A stretch of DNA of 64,000 nt from Squalus acanthias. Taxonomy: Eukaryota. The stretch covers positions 31,250,001 to 31,314,000 of the forward strand of contig CM059433.1 in assembly GCA_030390025.1 (NCBI GenBank), given 5' to 3'. Shown piece after piece: positions 37,201 through 50,200 of this stretch. The notes below the pieces were generated by a model that made no database searches, was not told the DNA's origin, and saw nothing but the letters and a program-made list of their open reading frames with translations. The position numbers were made by a program, and so were the translations under genes. Each line of letters begins with the position of its first letter. Within the stretch, counting starts at the first letter, position 1.

Positions 37201-39454
37201 GGGAGAACGAGGCTTGCGGAAAGTTGCTGAGCGGTCCCCAAACAGGCGTTAGGCTGCTCATTAGCCTATGCAAGGGGCCTAATGCCTGTTTAAAGTTTCT
37301 GCCCAGGAAGCCTGAATATCATCCGAGGTCAATAAGGTGTTGTATGCATTTTAGGTGTCCTTTGGAGTGTGGGGCACAGCCTTGCAAAATTGGTCATTCC
37401 CCCAACCCCCACCGTTTTCCACTCGGAAATTGGGTGCAACGAGGACCAATTTCAACCCCAGTGTCTACAGAAGTAGCAATTTCAGTAAAGTGTGAGTTTA
37501 TAAATAATGAGTTACATTTCTAGCTATGGTTTAGGTCTGGTGGAAGTTCTACAGCAGATTTAATTACCAGTTGCGACTGGGTGAGTTATAAGAAATGCCT
37601 CTTAAAAGCAGCAGAAATGTGAGATACGTCAGATGGTTGCCTTCTCCTGAGGGAATGGACAGTGTCAAGCAACTGAGATGCACTCAATGCGGCACAAAGC
37701 AACATTAAAATAAGCGGAACTGAACTGAATGGAGCTTGCAACTGGTAAGCACACTATATAAAACACTCAGAATAACCTAAACTCGGGTCTAAATTACATC
37801 AGAGTTTTTCTGCTTATCTTGTGACTGAGACTCTGGACTTTGTAGGGAAAGATAAGACAGCCAGTTGAAAAGATGGGGGCTTGTCACTGGGGACCAGTCG
37901 ACAGGGGAAGGAGAAAGATTTATAGGTCCTGGCAAGCATACGGGAAAAAAAAAGAGGCAGTTCTTCAGAAAAAAAGCAGTTGGATCTAGGACAAGTCTGT
38001 CTTATATGGAGAGTAAATTACAGGCTGTACATCACTGAGGATTGTGACACTGGACAAGAGCACTAGCAGTAACTGAATAGGCACCAACTGTCTGTTTATT
38101 TGGGACAGGATTAAATCGAACAGCAAAAAAAAAGAGAATTAATTTCGAGAAGATGCAACAAACAATTCACCAGATTGACGTATGATCCCGTATACCAATG
38201 GAAAAATATTAATGGTGCTCCAGTGAACTAACTGAAATTAGTACAATGCTCTCATGTGATGAGATGAGTGTCTATGGAGAGGAAAAACAGTGGTTAAAGA
38301 CAGATACTGCAGTCTGAAATAAGACTAAGTCATAATAAAGCAACAAATAATGTGGCTTTAACACAGCACTTGAAAGGTGGTTTTCATTCCTTTTAAAAAA
38401 ACTCGCACCAGTTATGAAATCAGATCTGTCCATGGTGCTGAACTTCAGACCACTTTGTTCTGTGTGATATATGCTCAGATTCTGTCGTTGGTTGACAAGA
38501 TCAGATGCAAATTAAACCAAAACAAAAAAGGTCATTAGTTAGCACCATTATAGATATGATTTGAAGTGCCTGTTTGCATGAGCATGACCAACCTCAAGTT
38601 TTACTAGAATGATTTATTTCTCCAGCAAATCTTCTTCAAGGGCAAGGTGTTCTCCTTCTGCAGTGGCCGTGCATTTAAGGCATTTTCATGCCTGCCACTG
38701 GAGTAATTGGAAGATTTGTTTTGGTGCGGCTGAGAAGGCATCCTGGACATGAAGGAGCTATTGTTTACACAATGAAAGGGGTGACTGTAAAGCTCCAGAC
38801 ATGCTTGCTTGTCCTGCTTTGCTCCTCGATTGTCCCAGTACAATGTAGATTGTCTCAGTACAATGTAAAAAGAGGACAGCGGTTCTAATATTGCTTGCAT
38901 TTTTTAATGCATTGACTTGTCTCTCAAGCAAAATAAGATTGAAGGTCTTGCTTTATTTTTTCCATGTTCCTTCTAATATTTAGTCAAGACATTTTTATGG
39001 TTTCTGACAACATCATACATGCTGGTTAATCACATGTTGCTACTGAACGAATTGCAACTGCATGAATAGGATAGGTGCAGATGTAAAAGAATGACAATTA
39101 ATGTTGGAGGAGTTTAATATGCAACATTTGCTCTGTACACAGATAGTACAATGTTATTTCTGCAAAGGAAAATGAATGTAAATGTTCAAAGTGGTGAATA
39201 TGGACTTGTTTCAGAAACCAGAAGGTCTAGAATATAACATGTCCTAAAATATCATGAACTCACTTACACTAAACAGGACAACTTTAGTTAAATAGAACCA
39301 GAGCTGCATTTATAAAAGAGCCATGCGTGCACTACTTGACTTAGTTTGGGTACATTCCTTATCATATAGGACAAAATTGCAATAATTATTGAACCAGAAT
39401 AGAATTATTCCATAGCATTGTTTCTTCAATTAATATAGACAGTAACTTTTTGTT

Positions 39455-40786
39455 TATTCATTCACGGGATGTGGGCGTCGCTGGCAAGGCCAGCATTTAT
39501 TGCCCATCCTTAATTGCCCTTAAGAAGGTGGTGGTGAGCCTCCTTCTTCAACTGCTGCAGTCCGTGTGGTAAAGGTACTCCCGCAATGTTGTTCTGGAGG
39601 GAGTTCCAGGATTTTGACCCAGAGACAATGAAGGAACGGCGATATATTTCCAAGTCAGGATGGTGTGGGGAACTTGGAGGTGGTGGTGTTCTCATGCGCC
39701 TGATGTCCTTGTCCTTTTAGGTGGTAGAGGTCTCGGGTTTGGGAGGTGATGTTGAAGAAACCTTGGCGAGTTTCTGTAGTGCATCTTGTAGATGGTACAC
39801 ACTGCAGCCACGGCGCGTCAGTGGTGGAGGGAGTGAATGGTTAAGGTGGTGGAGGATGGGATGCCAATGAAGCGGGCTCATCTGTCCTGGATGGTGTTGA
39901 GCTTCTTGAGTGTTGTTGGAGCTGCACTCATCCAGGCAAGTGGAGAGTATATTCCATCACACTCCTGACTTGTGCCTTGTAGATGGTGGAAAGGCTATGG
40001 GGAGTCAGAAGGTGAGACACTTTCTGCAGAATACCCAGCCTCTGACCTGCTCTTGTAGCCACAGTATTTATGTGGCTAGTCCAGTTAAGTTTCTGGTCAG
40101 TGGTGGGCCCCAGGATGTTGATGATGGGGGATTTGATGATGGTAATGTCATTGAATATAAAGATGAGGTGGATAGACTCTGTCTTGTTGGAGATAGTCAT
40201 TGCCCCCCTGGAACTTGTGTGGCGTGAATGTTACTTGCCACTTATCAGCCCAAGCCTGAATGTTGTCAAGGTCTTGCTGCATTCGGGTACAGACTACTTC
40301 ATTATCGGAGGGAGTTGCGAATGGAACTGAACATTGTGCAATCATTAGCGAACATCCCCACTTCTGACCTTATGTTGGAGGGATGGTCATTGATGAAGCA
40401 GCTGAAGGTGGTTGGGCCTAGGACACTGCCCTGAGGAACTCCTGCAGCGATGTCCTGGGGCTGTGATGATTGGCCTGCAACAACCACAACCATTTTCCTT
40501 TGTGCTAGGTATGACTCCAGCCAATGGAGAGTTTTCCCCCGATTCCCACTGACTTCAATTTTACTAGGGCTCCTTGACGCCACACTCGGTCAAATGCTGC
40601 CTTGTTGTCAAGGGCAGTCACTCTCACCTCACCTCTGGAATTCAGCTCTTTTGCCCATGTTTGGACCAAGGCTGTAATGAGGTCTGGAGCTGAGTGGTCC
40701 TGGCAGACCCAAACTGAGCATCAGTGAGCAGGTTATTGGTGAGTAAGTGCCGCTTGGTAGCACTGTCGGCAAACCCTTCCATCACG
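39455..40786 (-). mobile_element. Second-family LINE (CR1/L2 clade), RT to 3' end
   Basis: AGVPQGSVLGPTTFSCFIND...MFANDCT; IYKAQVRSVMEY; same tail as 28088-29035. Confidence 0.85.
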
Positions 40787-40799
40787 TAACTTTAAAATA

Positions 40800-41232
40800 A
40801 AGAATGATTGAACAGGCTGGGGCCCTTCTCTCTAGAAAAGAGAAGGCAGAGGGGTGACCTGATAGAAGTCTTTAAGACTATAAATGGGTTTGATGGGGAG
40901 ACGTAGAGAAGATGTTACCACTTGTGGTGGAGACCAAAACTAGGGACCATCAATATAAAAGATAGTCATGAATAAATCCAGTAGGAAATTCAGGAAAAAC
41001 TTCTTTAACTGGAGAGTGGTTAGAATGTGGAACTCGCTACCACAAGGAGTAGTTGAGTCGAATAGCACAGATGCATTTAAGGGGATGCTGGATAAGTACA
41101 TGAGGGAGAATGGAATAGAAGGGTTGCTTATAGGGGTAGATGAAGAGGGATGGGAGGAGACTTGTGTGGAGCATAAACCAGTTGGGCAAAATGGCCTGTT
41201 TCTGTGCTGTAAATTCGATGTAATTCTATGTA
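40800..41232 (+). mobile_element. CR1 3' fragment
   Basis: KFRKNFFNWRVVRMWNSLPQGVV; similar to 25440-25873. Confidence 0.85.
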
Positions 41233-41762
41233 AAAAAAAGAAATATGGACATATCTCCAGTTCCAAACAAAAACACATAGTATTAAGCACAATTTTTTTT
41301 TTATTTTCCTTCTCTTTAGAAGGTGCTAACTCATGATGGCTATGTTATCCACCTGCACCTCACCAAAGTAATTATTCCAGAAGTGTGAGCCTTGATGCTG
41401 AGTGTACATAGGCTGTGGACAGCTTCATAAAGGAACCCAACCTTATTCTCGTCTCGCATTGACATACTTTTGAGCAGGAGTATTTTCTTTAATGAATCCA
41501 TGGTCCAACCACTGCGGAGGTCAACTGTAACAACCAACTACTGACCCAACTGGGATAAGCAGCACCACTGGGCTACTTTTATTTGTTCATTTTGGAAGAC
41601 ACCATTACAAATTAGTCTGTTTTGATATCTTTATTGCGCAGTTCCATTGTAAATTTTATTATTTATTCTCAGGATGTGGGCATCACTGGCAAGGCTGGCA
41701 TTGATTACCCATCCCTAGTTGCCCTTGAGAAAGTGGTGGTGAGCTGCCAATTGTGACACTTT

Positions 41763-42246
41763 GGGGGCGATTTTGCCAGCCCTGGGGAGGCGGGTTTGGA
41801 GGCGGGACTGCCGGGAAAATGGCAGAATCTGGGGGCGGGTACTCATCCTGCCCCCAACCTGCCTCCGTGCTATCTTCCCAGGAGGCGGGTACCTGACCCA
41901 CGCCGGGTCCCATCTCCTCGAGGCGGGAAGGGGATTACAGCCACTTAACTGCCTGCTAACAGGTAGTTAACAGGCATTTAAGAGGATTATCCCCATTTTC
42001 CCAACAGAAGTGTGGGCTTCCCGACGTCGGGAAACCCTGCCAGGGTCAGCGAGGCGAGCAGTGGGTCTGCAGACATTCTCTGTCACCGGCTTTCCCTTAA
42101 TTGGCCTGCTAAGCCCGCTGGGCGGGCTTAACAAGGTCAATCAAAGGAAAATAGCGTGGGTTGGCTGGACATCGATGGAGGCGGGACTAAAACCCGACAA
42201 GCAGCAGACCTGCCTCCAACGCGCCCCCATTGGCAAAATCACCCCC
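41763..42246. mobile_element. Harbinger-type MITE (TTT TSD) inside a decayed SINE (~41660-42740)
   Basis: GGGGGCGATTTTGCCA / TGGCAAAATCACCCCC; TTT flanks; inverted similarity to 18547-19407. Confidence 0.85.
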
Positions 42247-42594
42247 TTTGTAATGGTTTGATACAACTAGGTAACTTGCTAGGCCACTTCAGAGAGAAGT
42301 TAAGAATCAACCACATTGGTGTGGGACTGGAGTCACATATAGACCAGACCGGGCAAGGACAACAGTGAACCAGTTGTTTTGTTTATGACAATCAGACAGC
42401 TTCATTTACATCACTTTTAGTGGAACCAGCTATTTACTTTCAGGATTTAAAAAAAAACTGAATTCAAATTCACAAACTGTCATGGTTGGGATTTGAACTC
42501 AAGTTCTCCGAATTATTAGTCGTGGCCTCTGGATTACTAAAACAAAACCATTAAATTGAATAAAGTTCGTGCTGACCACAGAGACTAAAATAAG

Positions 42595-42695
42595 ATTTTT
42601 GATGAAAGCTCATCGACCTAAAAGGTTAACTGTATTTCTCTCTCCATAGATGCTGCCTGACCTGCTGAGTATTTCCAGCATTTTCTGTTTTTACT
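42595..42695 (+). mobile_element. Penelope-like pseudo-LTR fragment with degenerate hammerhead
   Basis: TTGATGAAAGCTCATCGACCTAAAAGGTTAAC...GATGCTGCCTGACCTGCTGAGTATTTCCAGC, homologous to 62545-62650. Confidence 0.75.
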
Positions 42696-43464
42696 TGGGA
42701 TTACTGGGCCAGTAACATAACCATTGCAGCTACCGTACCCCCGGAGTGCTTGCCTATTGATATTTGTGGGCACTTTTGTATTGTGCACAGAGGTGTTGCT
42801 AGCCTAAACTTTATTCTGCATCATTTCATATTGTCTGAATATCACACTGCATGCTCTCTGGGCATCCTGAAGTAATAAGCAGCAAAAGTGTTATGTGACA
42901 TTGTATTTATATATAATCGGTGCCTGGTGACATAACCTTTGTTTCTGATAAACTCTTTCAGCCACTTCATCATGGAATTCATTAGCTTCCTTGTAAAAGA
43001 CTCAGAAATAAATTCCCTTGTTTCCCTTAAATTATTTTTCAGGTCACTGTTGAAATGCATTTGATCATTCCATACATTCCAATTTTTTTCTTTCTTGTCA
43101 TAGAAATCCCCGTGTGAATTTTGCCTGTTCTGTAACTCACTGTCTTGCTACAGAAAAATAAACAAAATTTAGAAGGGCCATAAAATATTTGTACAACTTT
43201 TCCCTTTCTTTTCTTTTGGTGTATGCTACTTCTGAATCCACACATTTCCTTTCTGTCGTCTATTAAGTTCCCAATTAATGAGAGGGGTAGGAGGAAGCTC
43301 GTATGCAGCATAGACAAGTTGGGCTGAATGGCCTGGTTCCGTGTGGTAGACTTGATGGGGGGAATTACCCCCCAAAAATGGGTGGGTTTGGGTCAGGTGG
43401 GAGGTTAAAAAGCTAAAAATCATAAAGAGGATCTGAACCCACCTCAAACCCGCCCACTTATAAA

Positions 43465-46400
43465 AGAACATAAGAACATAAGAATTAGGAGCAGGAGTAG
43501 GCCACATGGCCCCTCGAGCCTGCTCCACCTTTCAAGATCATGGCTGATCTTCGACCTCAACTTCGCCTTTCCCGCCCATTCCCCATATCCCTTGATTCCC
43601 TTAGAGTCCAAAAATCTATCTATCACCACCTTGAATATAATCAACAATTCAGCATCCACAGCCCTTTGTGGTAGAGAATTCCAAAGATTCACAACCCTCT
43701 GAGTGAAGAAATTCCTCCTCATCTCAGTCTTAAATGGGTGACCTCTTATCCTGAGATGATGTCCCCTAGTTCTAGACTCTCCAGCCAGGGAAACAACTTC
43801 TCAGCGTCTACCCTGTCAATCCCCTTCAGAATCTTGTATGCTTCAATGAGATCACCTCTCATTCTCATTGTCTTGCTGCACAAAACTAAAACAAAATTTA
43901 GAAGGGCCAGAGAGAGTATAGGCCCAATCTATTCAATCTCTCCTCATAAGACAACCCTCCCATCTAGTGAATCTTCGTTGCACTGCCTCTAAGGCAAGTA
44001 TATCCTTCCTCAGATAAGGAGTCCAAAACTGTGCACAGTACTCCAGGTGTGATCTCACCAAAGCCCTGTACAATTGTAGCAAGACTTCCTTACTCTTGTA
44101 CTCCAACCCCCTTGCAATAAAGGCCAACATGCCATTTGCCTTCCTAATTTCTTGCTGTACCTGCATGCTAACTCTCCGGCTTTCCTGTATGAGGACACCT
44201 AAATTTCTCTGAACACCAACATTTAATAGTTTCTCACCATTTAAAAAAAGATTCTATTTTTCTATTCTTTCTACCAAAGTGAATAACCTCACATTTCCCT
44301 ACATTATACTCCATTTGCCACCTTATTTTGCACTTACTTAAGTTGTCTTTATCCCTTTGCAGGCTCTTTGTGTTCTCCTCACAGCTTACAATCCCACCTA
44401 GGTGTGTATCATCAGGAAACCTGGATACATTGCACTCAGTCATTTCATCTAAGTCATTAATATAGATTGTAAACAGTGGAGATCCAAGCACTGATCCTTA
44501 CGGCATCCCACTAGTTACACCCTGCCAACCTGAAAATGACCTGTTTATCCCTACTCTCTGTTTTCTATCCATGCTAATAGAGTACCCCCAACCCCATGAG
44601 CCCTTATCTTGTGTAACAACCTTTTATGTGGCACCTTATCGAACATTTTTGGAAATCCAAATATACTACATCCACTGGTTCCCCTTTATCTACCCTGCTA
44701 GTTACATCCTCAAAAAACTCTAATAAATTTGTTAAACACGATTTCCCTTTCATAAAACCATGTTGAATCTGCCTAATCATATTATGATTTTCTAAGTGCC
44801 CTGTTACCACTTCCTTAATAATGGATTTCAGCATTTTCTGATGACTGATATCAGGCTAACTGGCCTGTAGTTCCCTGTTTTTTCTCTCCCTTCTTTCTTG
44901 AATAGCAGGGTTACATTTGCTACTTTCCAATCTGCTGGGACCGTTCTAGAACCTAAGGAATTTTGGAAGATCAAAACCAATGCATCAACTATCTCTGCAG
45001 CCACCTCTTTTAGAACCCTAGGATGTAGGCCACCAGGTCATGGGAATTTGTCGGCTTTTAGTCCCATTAGTTTCTCAAGTACTTTTTCTCTACTGTTCTT
45101 AAGTACTTTAAGTTCCTCACTTTCATTAGCCCCTTGGTTCCTCACTATTTTTGATTTGCTTTTTGTGTCTTCTACTGTGAAGACAGATACAACATATTTG
45201 ATAAAGACTCTGCCATTTCCTTATTCCCATTATAATTTATCCTGTCTCAGCCTCTAAGGGACCAACTCTTACTTTTGCCACTCTCTTCCTTTTTACATAC
45301 TTGTAGACCTTACAATCTGTTTTTATATTTCTTGCTAGTTTACTCTAATATTATATTTTCACCCTTTTTATCAAATTTTTGGTCATCCTTTGCTGGATTC
45401 TAAAGCTCTCCCAATCCTCAGGCTTACTACTATTCTTCGCAACATATTAGCCTCTTCTTTCAATCTAATACTATCCTTAACTTCTTTAGTTAACCACAGG
45501 TGAATCACTTTTCCCGTGGAGTTTTCATTTATCAATGGGATGTATATTTATTGTGAATTTTGGAATATTTCTTTTAGGGCCGGATTTTGCCTGGTCCCAC
45601 CTGCACGGTGCAGGGGGGAGATGACAGAAAACCCAGAAGGGCGTATTTTCCGGCATGATGTCAGGGGTGGGTTTCCCGCCTGGAAGTCAGCCTGGTTGAC
45701 AGGCTGGCTTCCAGTCGTGCAGGGAACTCGGAGAAGGAGGCCACAGGGCCAGGTAAGTGCTGGGCCCAGGATGGTGGGGGGGAGGTACAAGCTCGGGGGT
45801 GGGGTGGTCCGATCCCTGGGGAGGGTCCGATCCCTGACCCTGGGCCGAGTTGCGATCCCGGAGTGTGTGTTCCAGGCCTGGGGGCATTCTGATCCCGCAG
45901 GGGGTCTAATCCCCCGGGGGGTGGGGGAGCAGGGGGGTCTGAACCCCGACCACAGGGACGGCCAGACTGATGGTGGGAGAGATTGGGGGTCAGGAGGAAG
46001 CTCTCCTGCTCCTCCCAGCCCACAAGTATTGCTCCCCAAGACTGAGGCCGCCTCGTTGCAGCCACCGGGAATCCCAAGCCCCAGGCTCCCCGTCCCCTGC
46101 AGTAAAACCTGCAAAGCAGGTTAAAGTAGAGGCTTCAGGCCTCAATATAATATGTAAATTGCCAACCTGCCTCCTGACAGCGGGTTGGCAGCCCACACCC
46201 CTGTCCTGTCTGAGTGAATGGTGAAAGTGCACGGGGTGGAGGCGGATTGGGGTCAGGGTTCACGTTTTTTTAACTTTCACTTCCCCCCCATACCTCCAAA
46301 CCACCCGTTCTTACCTCTGAAAATTCTGACTGAAATGTTTGCCACTGCTTATCTACCATCATACCTTTTAATCTAATTTCCTAATCTACCTTAGCCAACT

Positions 46401-46765
46401 CACCCCTCATACCTGCATAATTGGCTTTATTTAAGTTTAAGACTCTACTTTCAGACTTAAATATTTCACTCTCAAATTCAATGTGAAATTCCATCATATT
46501 ATGATCACTCTTCCCCAGAGGGTCCTTTACTATGAGATTACTAATTAACCCTGTCTCATTGCACAAAATAAGATCTAAAATAGCCTGTTCCCTGGTTGGT
46601 TCCATGACGTATTGTTCAAGGAAATTGTCTCGAATGCATTCCATGAACTCGTCTCTAGACTACCTTTGCAATTTGATTTGCCCAGTCAATATGAAGATTA
46701 AAGTTCCCCACAATAATCGTGTTACCTTTGTTACAAGCTCCTATTATTTCTTGATTAATACTCTG
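43465..46765 (-). mobile_element. 5'-truncated CR1 (ORF2 endonuclease end to tail), inside a GC-rich MITE-like element (~43357-47280) and containing another MITE
   Basis: ORF pieces [52 protein letters not shown]; (AAGAACAT)n tail on plus; CACTT at both junctions. Confidence 0.9.
45577..46330. mobile_element. Harbinger-type MITE inside CR1
   Basis: GGGCCGGATTTT / AAAATTCTGAC; flanks TTA/TGA; CR1 sequence is continuous across the site. Confidence 0.78.
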
Positions 46766-47289
46766 GTTCTAACACTTCCAGTTTTAACGGAGGTGGGACG
46801 AGGGGCGTTTGACCAATCCGATCACAGGAGGTGAGTTGGTTAATTAATTATTTTAATGAGGCTGCGTGCCTTCATTTTAACAGGATTCTATTTTTAGCCA
46901 CAGTTGGCCGGGTTTCCCAGGCCTCGTGAAACCCCGCAGGTGAAAGGAGGTGAGAAGGGCTGAATCCATCAGGTAAGTGCCTTTACAGCACTGCTTGTGG
47001 GCCAGGAGGAGCAAGACTGTTTCCTCCCAGTCCAACAAGCTACTCAGTAAACTGCCCCCCTCTGCGATTCGTCTGCTACCCACCCGCAATCGGAACCCCC
47101 CCCTGACCACCACCACCTCCCTCCCCATGATCTCTCCCACCGTCCCCCAGATCTACCTGCTCTCAGCCCAACCTTGTGCTGCAGGATTTCCCGCCTGACA
47201 AGCAACCAGCCTGTCAATCAGACTGGCTGTGGATGGGAAATCTACAGAAAAAAAATTTAAAGACGTCCTATCCTATTTAGCACAGGGAT

Positions 47290-50200
47290 AGTGTCACATT
47301 ACATGATGGAGAGTGTCCTGAAGATAGGATTTAGTCTCCCCAAGGACTGTGCAGTGGTCACTCTTATCAATGCGGTCACGGACAGATGCATCTGCAACAG
47401 ATAGATAGGTGTGGGCGAGGTCAAGTGGGGTCTCCCCAATGACTGTGCAGTGGTCACTCCTATCAATGCGGTTATGGACAGATGCATCTACAACAGATAG
47501 ATTGGAGTGGACGAGGTCAAGTAGGTTTTTCTCTCATGTTGAATCTCTCACCAACTGCTGCACGCCCAGTCTTGCAGCTATGTCCTTAAGGACTTGGCCA
47601 GTTCGGTCAGTGCTGGTACAATTAAGCCAGTCTTGATGATGGACACTGAAGTCCCCCCACCCAGAGTACATTCTGTACATTTGCTATCCTCACTGCATCC
47701 TCCAAGTGCTGTTCAACATGGAGGAGTACTGATTCATCAGCTAAGGAAAGCCTATAGGTGGTAATCAGCAGAATGTTTCCTTGCCTATATTTGAACTAAT
47801 TAATTAATAAATAAAACAAGGTTAGAGTTGGCAGGGCAGGTGGTGTGTCGTAACTGCAGCATGTGGGAGTCTGTGGAGAGCATCGCGATCTCGAGCAACC
47901 ACATCTGCAGTAAGTGTCTGCAACTCGAGGAACTTCGGCTCAGAATTGTTGAGCTGGAGTACGAGCTGCAGACATTGCGATGCATCAGGGAGGGGGAGAG
48001 TTACCTGGACACTTTGTTCCAGGAGTGAGTCACACCCTTGTGGTTAAGTAGTACTTTAGAGTTCGTCAGTGGTCAGGGACAGGAGGGTGTGACTGTGAGT
48101 CAGGAAGGTATGGGGACCCAGGATGTAGTGATGGAGGAGCCTCAGCACTGGACCTTGTCTAACAGGTATGAGGTACTTTCTACCTGTATGGATGAGGAAA
48201 AGGACTGCAGGGAAGATGGGCAAACTGACCACGGCATTGTGGTACAGGAGGCCATCCAAATGGGGGAGAAGGAAGGAATGTGGTAGTAATAGGGGACAGT
48301 ATAGTCAGGGGAATAGATACTGTTCTCTGCAGCCGCGAAAGAGAGTCCCGAAGGCTGTGTTGCCTGACCGGTGCCAGGGTTAAGGATATCTCCTCACGGC
48401 TGGAGAAGAACTTGGAATGGGAGAGGGAGGATCAGTTGTCGTGGTCCATGTAGGAACCAACGACATAGGTAGAACTAAGAATGAGGTTCTGCTGAGGGAG
48501 TTTGAGGAGCTAGGGTCTAAATTAATAAGCAGAACCACAAGGGTAATATCGCTGGATTAATACCTGAGCCACGAGCAAATTGGCATAGGGTCAAGCAGAT
48601 CAGAGAGTTAAATGCGTGGCTCAAAGAGTGGTGTGGGAAAAAAGGGTTTCAATTCATGGGGCATTGGCACCAGCATTGGGGAAAGAGGGAGCTGTTCCAT
48701 CGGGACGGGCGCCACTTAAACCAGGCTGGGACCAGCGTCCTGGTGAATCGAATGACTAGGGCTGTAGATCGGGCTTTAAACTAAAAAAAGGGAGGGAGGG
48801 GTCAGGTGAGGGGAAATTTACAAATCTAAGGAGAAAGGTCAAGACAGTAGAGCAGTGTAGTGATTTGGGTAAAAATAAGCAGCGTGTGACAGGAAGGGAC
48901 AGAGAGTTTAATGGTAGCAGTGCAGCAGAGAATAAGGTCAAAGCAGGGAATAATTGTAAAACATTTAAATTAAAGGCTCTTTATCTGAATGCATGAAGCA
49001 TTCGTAACAAGATAGACGACCTAGTGGCACAAATAGAGATAAATGGGTTTGATCTAATAGCCATTACAGAGACATGGTTGCAAGGTGGTCAAGGTTGGGA
49101 ACTAAATGTTCCAGGGTACTTGACTTTTCAAAAAGACAGGCAGAATGGAAAAGGAGGGGGAGTAGCCTTGATAATAAAGGATGACATAAGGACAGTAGCG
49201 AGAAAGGGTCTCGGCTCAGAAGATCAGGAAGTAGAATCAGTATGGGTGGAGATAAGGTATAACAAGGGGCAGAAAACACTGGTCGAAGTAGTATATAGGC
49301 CCCCTAACAGTAGCTATACCATTGGGCAGAATATTAATCAAGAAATAGTAGGAGCTTGTATCAAAGGTAATGTAATAATCTTGGGGGACTTTAATCTTCA
49401 TATAGACTGGACAAATCAAATTGGCAAAGGTAGTCTAGAGGACGAGTTCATGGAATGCATTCGGGACAGTTTCCTAGAACAATATGTCATGGAATCAACC
49501 AGGGAACAGACTATTTTAGATCTTGTATTGTGTAAAGAGACAAAGTTAATCAGCAATCTCATAGTAAAGGATCCTCTGGGGCAGAGTGATCATAATATGA
49601 TAGAATTTCACGTTAATTTTGAGAGTGACTTGCCTAAGTCTGTATCTAGAGTCTTACTAGACTTAAATAAATTCAATTACATAGGTATGAGGGGCGAGTT
49701 GGCTAAGGTAGATTGGAAAAATAGATTAAAAGGTATGGTGGTAGATAAGCAGTGGCTAGCATTTAAAGAAATATTTCATAATTCTCAACAAAAATACATT
49801 CCATTAAGAAACAAAAACTCCATGGGAAAAGTGATCCAACTGTGGCTAACTAAAGAAGTTAAGGATAGCATTAGATTGAAAGAAGAAGCTTATAATGTTG
49901 CAAAGAATAATAGTAAGCCTGAGAATTCGGAGAGTTTCAGAAACCAGCAAAAGTTGACCAAAAAATTGATAAAAAGGGAAAAAATAGAATATGAGAGAAA
50001 ACTAGCAAGAAATATAAAAGCAGTTTATAAGAGTTTCTACAAGTATGTAAAAAGGAAAAGAGTAGCAAAGTAAACGTTGGTCCCTTAGAGGCTGAGACAG
50101 GAGAAATTATTATGGGGAATAAGGAAATGGCAGAAACGTTAAACAAATATTTTGTATCTGTCTTCACAGTAGAAGACACAAAAAGCATACCAAAAATGGT

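Noticed and set aside
42842..43317. Short minus-strand ORFs as host exons
   Set aside because: No recognisable domain or consistent splice structure
45516..46232. Cluster of Pro/Gly-rich ORFs up to 202 aa
   Set aside because: GC-rich MITE interior; stop-poor by composition
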